Source: Williopsis jadinii (taxonomy: Eukaryota). From it: a stretch of 64,000 nt of DNA. The position numbers were made by a program, and so were the translations under genes. The stretch lies in contig AP024665.1 in the NCBI GenBank assembly GCA_024346625.1, positions 1 to 64,000 of the forward strand, read 5' to 3'. Positions 31,010 through 41,759 of this stretch are shown piece by piece. Positions within the stretch are counted from its first letter, which is position 1; the number at the start of each line of letters is the position of its first letter. The notes under the pieces were generated by a model. The model had not been told where the DNA came from and did no database searches. It worked only from the letters and a program-made list of their open reading frames with translations.

Positions 31010-31774
31010 ATGTCATCTGACCTTTCAGACGTTAGACTCTTTGTCAGACCACTTCCATTCGATGTTAACGAAGAGGACTTGAAGAGCTTCTTCTCCCCTA
31101 TTGGTGAAATCACCGATTTCATCGTTGCTAGAGGTTATGCCTTTGTTGAATACGCTAATGCAGATTTGGCAAGACAAGCCATCGCTGAATTGCACCAAAA
31201 GCCGTTCGGTGATGTTCCATTATCCCTGGAGTACGCTAAGGCTCAAAAGCCAAGATTCAGACTTCTTGTTTCTAACATGCCAGAAGGTGCTGAGTGGCAA
31301 GATCTGAAAGATTTTGCTCTCCAAAAGGGATTCGAAGTTACCTACGCCAACGTTTTCCAAAGAGAGAACAACGGTACCGGTGTTTTGGACCTTGCTACTG
31401 AAGAGGAGTTGAACAAGGCACTTGAGGAGTTGAACGGTCTCGATTTCAAAGGTAACCCAATTGTTCTTGAGAAGGATCCAAACCCTCCACCATTGAGAGG
31501 AGGTGGTGCTCGTCGTGGCGGTTTCAGAGGTGGCCGTGGTGGCTTCAGAGGTGGCCGTGGTGGTTTCAGAGGTGGTCGTGGTGGCTACGGTGATAGATAT
31601 GGTGACCGTGACAGAGGTTTCGACCGTGACAGAGGCTTCAGAGGTGGTCGTGATTACGACGACCGTGACAGAGGTTACAGAGGAGGCCGTGATTATGAAG
31701 ACCGTGACAGAGGCTACAGATCAAGAGATGATTACGATGACAGACGTAGAGACAGATCACCAGTCAGATACTAA
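31010..31774 (+). CDS. NPL3: SR-like RNA-binding protein (two RRMs, RGG and RD/RS tail)
   Basis: RLFVRPLPFDV, GYAFVEY, WQDLKD, terminal RDRSPVRY. Confidence 0.93.
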   Translation: MSSDLSDVRLFVRPLPFDVNEEDLKSFFSPIGEITDFIVARGYAFVEYANADLARQAIAELHQKPFGDVPLSLEYAKAQKPRFRLLVSNMPEGAEWQDLKDFALQKGFEVTYANVFQRENNGTGVLDLATEEELNKALEELNGLDFKGNPIVLEKDPNPPPLRGGGARRGGFRGGRGGFRGGRGGFRGGRGGYGDRYGDRDRGFDRDRGFRGGRDYDDRDRGYRGGRDYEDRDRGYRSRDDYDDRRRDRSPVRY

Positions 31775-33153
31775 ACGTGCTTCTTTGTCTTTTCTTTGTT
31801 TTTTTTGTTCACATTAATCTTTTGTGTTCTTCTTGCTAACAACTTTTAGGAATTGGATATTATTTGATTCGACTGTGGTGGTTGAAACTGTGTGTTTCTC
31901 TGTGTGTTTTATTTTCATGACTCGATTGTTCAGGATGAATTGTGAGAGCGCCGATATGTACTTTTAGCCCGTGTTTTTTTGTCTTTCTTTATTTTATAGT
32001 GATTTGAGCGAAGTGGTTAACAATCCTCCCCCAATTCATAAAGTCATCTACAGAACTCATGGAGATCTCACTAGTGGCAATTCCATTCCCTTTTATCCCC
32101 TCCGTCCCTATAGATTGTATTGACGTTTCATCGATGGTTAACTCGAGCAAAGTGGCATCCAAAGATATTTAGTCCTTACAGAGGGTATGTTCCAATGGAG
32201 AAACCCACCTCGCCAATGTGGCTGTGCGGTTTAAGTATATAGTTTATGTATATAGTTTGTGTTCATGGCAATGGAGAGTGGCATCTAATGACACCATCTA
32301 ACCATGCAACGATGTCTGATGACATGCTTTGAGGGAGATTCTCAAAACAACAGCCAATTCAATGGTCTAGATTGAACGACACGGTTTCCATGTCACAATA
32401 GACGATCGCTCACAAGCCTACCAGTGGTGTGGCTATACTGTAGGCACGTCTAGTGCTAATGCGCTCGATAGAACGATGGTGCTAAATATAGAGTTGCCGT
32501 TGATCTGACATCAGATAAGCGATCTAACAAAATTGTATCCTGATTGATGGCAATGACTACCTTACTACGAAACTCCTAAACCTATGCGAATGACAAGTGG
32601 TCTCGTCGACGATGACCACTGGTCATTGGCCCAAACGTTGATCGACCACGGCGAACGTTTAGACCGCATAGACCTCTTACCGCAAAATCTGTGCATCTCG
32701 GGAAGTCAAAACTCTGAGGCAGGCCGTTCATAGGCAGAATTTGGTGTCAAAACATCAATATCTACACCATGAACTGCGCAACTTGATGGAGCACCTCTCC
32801 GACAAATTCCAACACCAGTCAGTAGGCCCACACTCACACAACACAACATATACCACACTAAACAAGAGCCCTATTCACTGCCAATTCACTCAGCTTCTGC
32901 CTAACACACCATCAACCTCCGGAAATAAGTTGCAGCAGCAGGCTTTTCTGCGTCCCGCTGTGTTTCCTGTGAAAGGCAGAAGGGGGAAATTTTCTGAAGT
33001 TACACCAGAGGGAGAAAAAAAGTTCATGAAAACGTCCGCAACCCCTAAAATTCCACCAAATACGCCATTTCCAGCAGGGTTCTTATTCCAAAGAGCAAAC
33101 AACTCAGAGCCAATTTTCAAGGAGAAAAGCAGAGCGAGAGAAGACGAGGAACA

Positions 33154-35088
33154 ATGGGTAACTCTTCTTCAAAACAAAAGGACTCTTTGAAGTCCTATCC
33201 GTCGTTTTCAAGGTCTGATACGCAGAACTCTACCAAATCGAGCCGTTCATTACGTTCACGGAGGTCGCTGACTCGCGACTCTGACGCCTCCAGCTTCAAG
33301 ACAGCGGCGGACTCACCGTCAATGGTTCCACATACTCCACATACAAGTCGTAAGAACTCGTCCAACAATGTTGTCGCTTCGTCTGTGAGTGCAGGCAACA
33401 ACAACGTTGCCTCCGGGGGTGGAGAAGTTCCTACGTTGAACGTGTCGGGCCCTGATGCAGCAATGTCATTACCACCATCGATGGTTCAAGTGGAACCGAA
33501 ACAGCCCATCTTGAGAAACAACAGTGATGCCCAGGAGGACCTCGCACAGCTCAGATCAGACAACCAGAGAAGGGATTCGCTGCACAGCTCAGCTCATTTG
33601 AGCAACAATGGCGGGAGTACTGAAATCGAGAAGCATCAACAGCGGCAGCAGCTGCAGCAGCAGCAGGATCAACAACAAATACACCAACAGCAACTACAAC
33701 TACTTCAGCAACAGCAACAGCAACAACAGCAGAAACTTGAACAACAAGATGAACAACACGACCCACAACAGATACAACAACAGCAACTCCTACTGCAACA
33801 ACAGATACTACAACAACAACAGCAGTTGGAGCAACTGCAATTGCTACAGAAGCAACAACAGGAGAAACTACAACAGCAGCAAGCACAGCAGGATGAACAG
33901 AAGCAGGCACAACAAGACCAACAACAACAGAATCAGCAACATCTGCAAACACAACAACAGGTGTCATCTCTTGAAACACCAACGCCGAAGAAGTCAAGCT
34001 TTTCTAGTCAATTTCAAAGCCCAAGTTCCTATACAAACACAACGGTTCAAGGAGTAGACATTGAAGAATTGATACAGAGATTGTTAGATGCGGGCTATGC
34101 AGGAAAGAGAACAAAGAGTGTATGTTTAAAGAATAGTGAGATTGCTATGGTTTGCGCAAAGGCGAGAGAGATCTTCTTATCACAGCCAACATTGTTGGAG
34201 TTGAGCCCGCCTGTGAAGATTGTCGGTGACGTCCATGGGCAGTTTGGTGATTTGATTAGAATGTTTACCAAATGTGGATTTCCTCCAGCAGCAAACTATC
34301 TGTTCTTGGGTGACTACGTTGATCGAGGCAAGCAATCACTTGAGACTATTCTACTTTTACTATGCTACAAGATCAAATACCCTGAAAACTTCTTCCTCTT
34401 GCGTGGGAACCATGAATGTGCAAGTGTCACTAGGGTTTATGGATTTTATGACGAGTGCAAACGTCGTTGTAATATTAAGACTTGGAAATTGTTCATCGAT
34501 ACATTTAACACTTTACCACTAACAGCAATAGTTGCAGGAAAGATCTTCTGTGTCCATGGTGGGTTATCACCGGTCTTAAACTCAATGGATGAAATTCGTA
34601 ACGTTAATAGACCAACTGACGTTCCAGATTTCGGATTGATCAATGATTTACTATGGTCCGATCCTTCGGATGCGATTAACGAGTGGGAGGATAACGAAAG
34701 AGGTGTTTCATACTGTTTCAACAAAGTTGCAATTAACAAATTTCTTACAAGATTTGGCTTTGATCTGGTTTGCAGAGCTCATATGGTTGTTGAAGATGGG
34801 TACGAATTCTTCAATGGTCAAAGTCTTGTGACCGTTTTCAGTGCACCAAACTACTGCGGTGAATTCGACAATTGGGGTGCAGTTATGTGTGTTAGTGAAG
34901 AATTGTTATGCAGCTTTGAACTCTTAGACCCATTGGACTCCGTTGCCTTGAAACAGTTCATGAAGAAGGGCAAACACGAAAGACGCTTAGCAAACTTGGC
35001 TACCCAACAGGCTAATGCCGGAGGAAGCAACCATGGAAGTTTCAGTACAGTTGTGGGAACCCCTACACTGACAAATATATCATCATGA
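33154..35088 (+). CDS. PPZ1: Ser/Thr protein phosphatase Z (single PPZ1/PPZ2 ortholog)
   Basis: MGNSSSK myristoylation motif, [43 protein letters not shown]. Confidence 0.96.
   Translation: MGNSSSKQKDSLKSYPSFSRSDTQNSTKSSRSLRSRRSLTRDSDASSFKTAADSPSMVPHTPHTSRKNSSNNVVASSVSAGNNNVASGGGEVPTLNVSGPDAAMSLPPSMVQVEPKQPILRNNSDAQEDLAQLRSDNQRRDSLHSSAHLSNNGGSTEIEKHQQRQQLQQQQDQQQIHQQQLQLLQQQQQQQQQKLEQQDEQHDPQQIQQQQLLLQQQILQQQQQLEQLQLLQKQQQEKLQQQQAQQDEQKQAQQDQQQQNQQHLQTQQQVSSLETPTPKKSSFSSQFQSPSSYTNTTVQGVDIEELIQRLLDAGYAGKRTKSVCLKNSEIAMVCAKAREIFLSQPTLLELSPPVKIVGDVHGQFGDLIRMFTKCGFPPAANYLFLGDYVDRGKQSLETILLLLCYKIKYPENFFLLRGNHECASVTRVYGFYDECKRRCNIKTWKLFIDTFNTLPLTAIVAGKIFCVHGGLSPVLNSMDEIRNVNRPTDVPDFGLINDLLWSDPSDAINEWEDNERGVSYCFNKVAINKFLTRFGFDLVCRAHMVVEDGYEFFNGQSLVTVFSAPNYCGEFDNWGAVMCVSEELLCSFELLDPLDSVALKQFMKKGKHERRLANLATQQANAGGSNHGSFSTVVGTPTLTNISS
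33637..33960 (+). repeat. CAA/CAG-rich polyglutamine tract inside PPZ
   Basis: About 108 codons, mostly Gln, interrupted by Leu/Glu. Confidence 0.9.
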
Positions 35089-35777
35089 AGCGTATGTGCT
35101 TCCCTTGTTTTCCTTGCCCTAGGATCTTCGTGGTTTCATTATGTTGGGTTTAGATCAATACGGGTGTAATCCAAATTGGGGCTTCATTTTATCCCGTTCT
35201 TATATATACATACAACCCCATATCTGATCCCAGTTCAATGATTGCTTGAAGCCAACTGGTTAAGAACTGCTCATCAGCAATCACAGCAACATACAGCCAA
35301 ACAAAGAATACCAAACAAAAACAGCAAAAAGCACCAAAAAGAAGGAAAAGAAACGGCATAATATCACTTCCATGGCAAACATATTCTACTACGAACACAG
35401 CTGAACCAGCTCGTATAAAAAGTGTTTAAGACTAACACTGTGGTTTTATGTCCCTTCTCTCCTCTTCCCTTCACACTCCAAGATTTATCATTTTTTTACG
35501 TCTCCAGTTAATGAACTTCCTTTTATATAACCCTCCAACGTGTACCACTAGTCCATAAAGTCTTTCAATGGCTCTCATTGGATCACCAACCTGCCTACGT
35601 TACACTGAAAGTTATACAGACGGCGATGCATCTCCGATGTCCTCCTACGTTGAGCCTCAGATTCTTCGGTACAGCCAACATCGGAATTGGCGGTGAATTC
35701 CAAGTTGAATCTGTCAATTTTGTCTCTTTACTGGTTGAAATGTCGACGTATCGTCAATAGAAAGAAGCAGCTCATCA

Positions 35778-36341
35778 ATGGCACGCTCTAGACGATCCTC
35801 TTTGCGGTTACAGCCGTCGCTGTCCACGTCATCCTTGATTGAGATGTCGCAAAGGGAGTGTCTAACGAAGCCGTTGATCGAGTACGAAGACATCCTTCCC
35901 AACATGATGATGAATGAGTCCAGCTTGAAGTTGACAGATCTGCTGGCAAGAGAGAGCGATGTTACTGTGTCCAATCAGATCAGCTCGCTGATTGAATATC
36001 GTGGATTTGCGTGGCATTTACTCGTCACGGCGATCCACACGTTGTGGCTGCTGTGGACTTTCCTCCCGGAGAATTGGCTACACTATATCGGCGTCCACTA
36101 CTATCCCAGTAGGTGGTGGAGTTTGGCCGTCAGCAACTACATCCTTATACTGTTCCTCTACTCGTACATTGCACTCCAATTCTGGAACGTTGAGGTGGAA
36201 GCCATTCCAAGAGACGACCTCCGCGCCATCTGTGACGGCGATCAGGTCGTCGAGAAGGACATCGTCAAGTATGGCTGGAAGGACACCAACGGAGTGTTTG
36301 ACCTGAGGATCTCGGACGTTAACGAAGTTCTCTACGACTGA
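35778..36341 (+). CDS. GPI19: GPI-GlcNAc transferase subunit (PIG-P)
   Basis: EYRGF, LWTFLP...GVHYYPSRWWSLA, GVFDLRISDVNEVLY; follows PPZ. Confidence 0.9.
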   Translation: MARSRRSSLRLQPSLSTSSLIEMSQRECLTKPLIEYEDILPNMMMNESSLKLTDLLARESDVTVSNQISSLIEYRGFAWHLLVTAIHTLWLLWTFLPENWLHYIGVHYYPSRWWSLAVSNYILILFLYSYIALQFWNVEVEAIPRDDLRAICDGDQVVEKDIVKYGWKDTNGVFDLRISDVNEVLYD

Positions 36342-36490
36342 ACCACGTTACACGGCTCATCAGACTCGACACCAAACTGGAAACAGGTCAAAAGTCAAGC
36401 TAAACGAACAAGGCATCTCACCCCCGGTGAAGAAAAGGTCACGTGCACTGTGATGGTCGGAGCTCAGCTTTCTGTGGCTGTTTTATCTTC

Positions 36491-36505
36491 CGCGCGCGCG
36501 CGCGC
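36491..36505. repeat. (CG)7C alternating tract in the promoter of the THI74-like gene
   Basis: cgcgcgcgcgcgcgc. Confidence 0.85.
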
Positions 36506-36872
36506 TGACAGCGGAAAATGGGAAAAAGAAACGCCACACTTTGTCTAATTTTTCCTCTGTTTTTTTCCTCGTTCTCTTCACCTTAACGTTTTCTCTAAAG
36601 ATAAGCAAACCATTCGTTCATTTTTTTGTTTTTGACAGGTTATACCGAGCTTTGAGCTATTGTTTATTCAGTGCACAGTGTTTTGTCCATTTGTTCTGCC
36701 CATTGGTTTTGTTGTGTGCTGTTCAGTTTTGTTGTGTCCTTGAATTCATCTCTGATTAGCATACAGCGAGAGCGTTTTGTTGATCATCGCCTTCTCACAT
36801 ACACTGCACATCCACGTTCTTTCCAGACTCTTCTAGTCGGTACCCCCTCTCTTCGTCAGATAGACGGGAAAA

Positions 36873-37931
36873 ATGGAAGTAACATCACGAAGAAAAAGAT
36901 GGTCGTTGGGACTGCTTATGCTGGCCATAGTGGTTCTCTCATGGGTTCTGTCGTCGTTTCTGATCAATTCTATCTTTGAAAATGACCTCTATCGAAAGCC
37001 ATTCTTCATCACTTACATCAACACGGCGACGTTCATGTTTTACCTCGTGCCCTACGTCAAGAACTGTATCCAACAGTATTTGGAACATGGCGAAATAAGG
37101 TACAAGGAGGTGGAGGACGAATTCCTACACAACTCCGATGACGAAGAAATCTCGCTTACCTCGCCAGACCAGATTGACAAGTTGAGTCTTGTGGAAACTG
37201 TTAGACTGAGTGCAGAGTTCTGTGTCGTTTGGTATCTGGCAAACTTGGCAACAAATGCGTCGTTAAGCTATACGAGCGTTGGCAGTCAAACGATATTGTC
37301 CTCAACAGCCTCATTCTTTACGCTACTCGTTGGCTGGTTTGCAAACACTGAGAAGTTCAACCAGGTGAAGGTTGGTGCACTTTTACTGAGTTTCCTGGGT
37401 GTTGTTCTCGTGACAAAGGCCGATAGCGAACAGATTAGCCATGAGGTGAAACGCACAGCGTTGTCAATATTCATTGGTAACGCGTTGGCACTCCTGGGTG
37501 CCCTACTGTATGGAATCTACACCACGATGCTCAAGTATCGTATTAAAGATGAATCTAGAATCAACATGAAAGTGTTCTTTGGCTTTGTTGGTGTGTTTAA
37601 CATCATCTTGTTGTGGCCATCACTGGTAATACTCCACTATACAGGGGTGGAGAAGTTTGAACTACCAAGAGGTTCCTTTGTCATTGGTGTGATTCTGACA
37701 AACTGTCTGATCACTTTTGTATCGGACTTTTGCTGGGTAAAGGCGATGCTCTTAACATCACCTTTAACAGTGACTGTTGGTTTATCAACAACTATCCCAT
37801 TTGCTATGATTGGTGATATCATTTTCAAAAATGAAAAGATCACAATAACTTATCTCATTGCAGCAGCGATGATTTGCGTATCGTTCTTCATCATCAATAG
37901 GGATGCTGAGAACGACCGTCATATAGAGTGA
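36873..37931 (+). CDS. THI74: DMT/EamA (SLC35F) membrane transporter, Thi74/Yml018c ortholog
   Basis: YRKPFFITYINT, YTSVGSQTILSSTASFFTL, FFGFVG, LLTSPLTVTVGLS. Confidence 0.88.
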   Translation: MEVTSRRKRWSLGLLMLAIVVLSWVLSSFLINSIFENDLYRKPFFITYINTATFMFYLVPYVKNCIQQYLEHGEIRYKEVEDEFLHNSDDEEISLTSPDQIDKLSLVETVRLSAEFCVVWYLANLATNASLSYTSVGSQTILSSTASFFTLLVGWFANTEKFNQVKVGALLLSFLGVVLVTKADSEQISHEVKRTALSIFIGNALALLGALLYGIYTTMLKYRIKDESRINMKVFFGFVGVFNIILLWPSLVILHYTGVEKFELPRGSFVIGVILTNCLITFVSDFCWVKAMLLTSPLTVTVGLSTTIPFAMIGDIIFKNEKITITYLIAAAMICVSFFIINRDAENDRHIE

Positions 37932-38162
37932 CGTTACGATGAACTTTCACATATCAACACACTTATAGTACATTTGCATTTCCTTTCTTCTGTTTCATTG
38001 CATGTTTATGTGTTTTTTGCTTGTTTTTTTTCTTCATTATATCTATAAACTGTCTCCAATTACATGATAATAAATATTTTTAAACGTCCTTTAAGGCAAT
38101 TCTGGTCATCAATGAATAAAGATATCCTGAAGCATGAGTACCCCATAACGTCAGCGTCCCTT

Positions 38163-39122
38163 TCAAAGCCAAGATGCAACTTGGTATGGGTAAGAAGGGT
38201 CTTTGATCTTGTAGATAGATGTCAATCTATTGAAGAGCCAAAAAACGAAGAAGCAAGCGCATAACGTCAATGTGTTTCTCTTTGCTGGATTGTCAATCTT
38301 TGGAATTACCACAACCAATCCATTGATCAGAAATACAAATCCCAGATAGATACCTCCAATGATAAACACCTCAGATCCAAATTGCCAATGTGTACCACCA
38401 CTGAAGTACATGATTTCACCCTTTTCATTCTTAGAAAGCAAGGGTATATTACGAATAACGGTAAACATATAACCAGACGTAAAAACCACAATTGTCAAGA
38501 TCGAAATCAAACAGAATATTAATCTCGAAGCCAACTTACTCAGCACCTTCTTCTTCAGCACTAAAACAGCGAAAAACGTTGTAAAGAAATACTTCGAGAA
38601 TTGAGTCAGGTCAAAATCTTCATGGACAACGATGTTTGCATTCACCAATTTGGAGACAAAGTTTGCATAGTGCAATGGATCCTTTGATGAATGATCGCCA
38701 ATCTTGTACTCAAAGTGAGGGCTTGTGACGTTATAAGCCAGCTCGGTGCTTGGAGGGTAAATCCAGAGATGAGGTACTTGGAGCATCTGGAGATCGATAA
38801 ACTTCTTTTGGTTGTTTGAGAAATCGGCCTTGAAGAACAAGATGTCATTCTTACCAGGGTTTGAGTCTTGATAACTTCTCGCAATCTTGTGATACACAGG
38901 TTCAAATTTCTTACAAGGAGCACACCCCACAGAGTCATCCAAGGCGGTAAACAGCAATGCTGTGTAGTAGTCACGAGGTCCTGTAAGTATGGAGTCGAAG
39001 TTCGACTCATTAATCTCTATAACGTTCGAGGGTAACTTCGATGTTGCCAGTTCATCTGCGGTTAACGATGAAAGAGCCCCGGTCAAAAGGGATAAACCCG
39101 TTGCCCACGATGATAGTTTCAT
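38163..39122 (-). CDS. OST6: Oligosaccharyltransferase thioredoxin-like subunit (Ost3/Ost6)
   Basis: Signal peptide, CAPC motif, SGYMFTVIR, QFGSE, YPY end. Named OST6 by synteny with YML018C. Confidence 0.8.
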   Translation of the reverse strand: MKLSSWATGLSLLTGALSSLTADELATSKLPSNVIEINESNFDSILTGPRDYYTALLFTALDDSVGCAPCKKFEPVYHKIARSYQDSNPGKNDILFFKADFSNNQKKFIDLQMLQVPHLWIYPPSTELAYNVTSPHFEYKIGDHSSKDPLHYANFVSKLVNANIVVHEDFDLTQFSKYFFTTFFAVLVLKKKVLSKLASRLIFCLISILTIVVFTSGYMFTVIRNIPLLSKNEKGEIMYFSGGTHWQFGSEVFIIGGIYLGFVFLINGLVVVIPKIDNPAKRNTLTLCACFFVFWLFNRLTSIYKIKDPSYPYQVASWL

Positions 39123-39238
39123 GTCTCTCTATCTGTCGTCTTTCCTCAACGTTACTTGGGGCCTTACGATAAGATCAAACAAATGATTGGAACTATTCTT
39201 TGAAAACGCAATGTTGGACAACAAAGGAGGTTTAGACC

Positions 39239-39320
39239 ACGCGTCGGTTATCTAGATGAGTTGGTGTAGGGATGTGTGGTGTAGGGATGTTTCTTTGTTT
39301 ACTTTTTCCGTTTTGTTTAC
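39239..39320. promoter_or_regulatory. MCB, duplicated Rap1-like 14-mer and duplicated forkhead sites
   Basis: ACGCGT 39239-39244; TGGTGTAGGGATGT at 39262-39275 and 39277-39290; TTTGTTTAC at 39294-39302 and 39312-39320. Confidence 0.55.
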
Positions 39321-39396
39321 TTTTTTTCTGTTTTATTCATTGGAAAGATCTCAAACTCGTTCAGGTTAACCAAGTGAGAATACAAAGAAGTCTATC

Positions 39397-40497
39397 ATGA
39401 CTCTTTGTTCCTTATTCCAAGATTATGATCGCTCCAAAGATGCTTTGAATGAAGTTTTTCTGAAGGAAACTTCGCGTCGTTCTTTGATCCATGAAGCAAC
39501 TCTTCTCAAAACGATATTGGAACAACAGATGTACGTTGAGATGAACAACTCAAAGGACTCACACGTTCAATCGTCTTTGAAACAGGACTTGTCAAAGGTC
39601 CAAGGCGAGAAGAGGTCCTTGGATAGGAAAATTTCCTTGCTCCAAACTGAGATTCAAAATTTGAAAGAGAGAGCACTGAGTAACGCTCAACTCCAACGGG
39701 AAAACATCTCTTTGAAGAATCAAGTCAAGAAGTTGACGTCTCAGTTGGATGAATCAAAGAGTGAGATTGGTAAGGCTTCGAAACAATTTGCCACCCAAAG
39801 AGCGGTGTTGGAGTCCAAATTGGACAACGCGAAAAAGAACATCAAGACTTTAAAGGACAGGACCTCCCCTGTAAAACCTTTGACTGGTTCGATCCTATCC
39901 CCGCAAAAGACTAGCAGCAACGAAAGAATAAACGTGTTGAAAAAGCCACATCTTAATTCAAACTTTTCTGTTTCTCCATTCCTCAGAAATAGACAGTCCA
40001 AACAGGATCTTGGTTCTTCGACTCCTGTTCAAGACAACAGAAACAACATCAAGACCAAGATCTTTGCACAGTCCACGCCCAATGGGAACGTCTTCGCTTC
40101 ACCTCTGAAGGATGCAAAGCCTAGAAGATCGAGTGGGTTGAAGAACTTGGTTCGTCCCACGAATTCTTTAAAAGCTGCACTGGACAACCCAGATAAGAAG
40201 AACAAACCTAGTCTATTCGACGATGACGATGAAGACGATGATGGTGACATCTTCGGGAACAGTGTGCTGAAGAAAGCTGAAAAGAAGGATCACGATGACG
40301 ATACGACAGAGAAGAAAACTCAACCAGATATCAAGAAGAAGAAGAGGAAGATTGGCTCCACCACCATAGTTGAGGAAACTGAAATCGACGAGGATGAAAA
40401 ATCTATCCCGTTGAAAAGAGTTAAACTAATTGATAAGCTCGGTGGTATGTCGCCTCTGAAACAGAGAAACAAGGAAAGATCGTTATTCAAAGTGTAA
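39397..40497 (+). CDS. Coiled-coil, SP/TP-rich protein; probable Lrs4/Mde4 monopolin subunit
   Basis: N-terminal MTLCSLFQDY helix, coiled coil, many CDK-type sites, basic NLS; near THI74 (YDR438W/YDR439W synteny). Confidence 0.55.
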   Translation: MTLCSLFQDYDRSKDALNEVFLKETSRRSLIHEATLLKTILEQQMYVEMNNSKDSHVQSSLKQDLSKVQGEKRSLDRKISLLQTEIQNLKERALSNAQLQRENISLKNQVKKLTSQLDESKSEIGKASKQFATQRAVLESKLDNAKKNIKTLKDRTSPVKPLTGSILSPQKTSSNERINVLKKPHLNSNFSVSPFLRNRQSKQDLGSSTPVQDNRNNIKTKIFAQSTPNGNVFASPLKDAKPRRSSGLKNLVRPTNSLKAALDNPDKKNKPSLFDDDDEDDDGDIFGNSVLKKAEKKDHDDDTTEKKTQPDIKKKKRKIGSTTIVEETEIDEDEKSIPLKRVKLIDKLGGMSPLKQRNKERSLFKV

Positions 40498-40683
40498 TAT
40501 AACTGTAATATACCAAAATGTGAAATACGACTGTTCTATTTGCTGTTGTGTATTACGTAAGTATGTTTTCCATGTGTGCGCGTACGTCCTCTTCCTTCTC
40601 TCGCTCCGGCCGGCACAGCTGTGCTAAAGTTGAAACGGTGGAAGAGAACCACTACGAGCCATTGTACGTGTGATTTAAACGTA

Positions 40684-41715
40684 ATGGAGTCAAAGACTGT
40701 GAGATCGACTGATTTCGATGCCCTTTCTTGTCGATTGAGTGCACTGAACAAGAAATATTTGGTGAATGATGACCATTTGATGGAGTACATCGTTGCCCTT
40801 GAACAGGCATTGAAATTTGAGTACAGGTTAAGTTCACGTCGAGTATTCAATGGCATTGTCAGATCAAATAAGCTGCCCATAATCAACAGGGGTACTTATA
40901 TCCGTACAAAATCCATTGATATAGTTATTGAGAAGTTCCTTGGCCAGTTCAAAGGACAGAAAGTAAGGATTCTAAGCTTGGGATCGGGAAGTGATACAAG
41001 GCCATTTAAGCTGTTACCTGGTCATGCTGGGACTTTAGAGTACGTCGAGTTGGACTTCCCAAACAGTTGCAAGTTGAAGCATGCGGTGATAAGTCTTTCG
41101 AAGCAACTATGTGATATCGTTGGTGTTGAGCATGTGACGGATGATGGTAGCTCACAAGATTGGTACGACTCACTTGGAGATCTTGACACGGAGCAGTATA
41201 AATTGATTGGAGTTGATCTTAGGCAGATTGATCAGCTCCAGGTACTGTTGTCGAAGCTGGACCCTAAGGTTCCAACTCTGGTAATCTCTGAGGCCATGCT
41301 GTGCTATGTCGAGACTTCAACGTCTAGCCAGGTTCTTAAAACCTTGAGGGACAGCTTCCCAGTTGGCTGTATAACGGTATACGATCCTATTGGTGGTGAA
41401 GGATCATTTGGTGATGTTATGGTGGAAAACTTGAAGCTTCGTAATTTGACCATGCCTTCGTTGTTGGAGTTCAATACATTATCCAAATATCACCAACGGT
41501 TGGTCAATCTGGGATTTGGCCACGTTGCCATCGATAATATGTATAATATTTATGAGAATTGGACAGAAGTTGAGGAGAAGCAACGTATATCCAGGCTGGA
41601 ATTCCTAGATGAGATTGAAGAGTTGAAACTGTTATTGGAGCACTATTGCCTTGCCATTGGATGGTGGGGGTTTGATTGGAATCAGTTTGAATTGAAAATG
41701 GGTATACAATCATAA
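40684..41715 (+). CDS. PPM1: Leucine carboxyl methyltransferase
   Basis: TDFDALSCRLSA, PIINRGTYIR, LSLGSGSDTR, EFLDEIEE...HYC. Confidence 0.93.
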   Translation: MESKTVRSTDFDALSCRLSALNKKYLVNDDHLMEYIVALEQALKFEYRLSSRRVFNGIVRSNKLPIINRGTYIRTKSIDIVIEKFLGQFKGQKVRILSLGSGSDTRPFKLLPGHAGTLEYVELDFPNSCKLKHAVISLSKQLCDIVGVEHVTDDGSSQDWYDSLGDLDTEQYKLIGVDLRQIDQLQVLLSKLDPKVPTLVISEAMLCYVETSTSSQVLKTLRDSFPVGCITVYDPIGGEGSFGDVMVENLKLRNLTMPSLLEFNTLSKYHQRLVNLGFGHVAIDNMYNIYENWTEVEEKQRISRLEFLDEIEELKLLLEHYCLAIGWWGFDWNQFELKMGIQS

Positions 41716-41759
41716 TGCATCACAGCTTTTATTAACAGTCACTGGTTTCTCATTAAAGG

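Noticed and set aside
32741..33190. 149-aa ORF upstream of PPZ
   Set aside because: TTG start, overlaps the PPZ promoter and start, no recognisable domain.
35189..35398. Small hydrophobic ORF
   Set aside because: Hydrophobicity comes from an A-rich/T-rich spacer; no other support.
40557..40566. GTAAGT/GTATGT donor-like sequence before PPM1
   Set aside because: No convincing branch point and acceptor; PPM1 is complete from ATG 40684.
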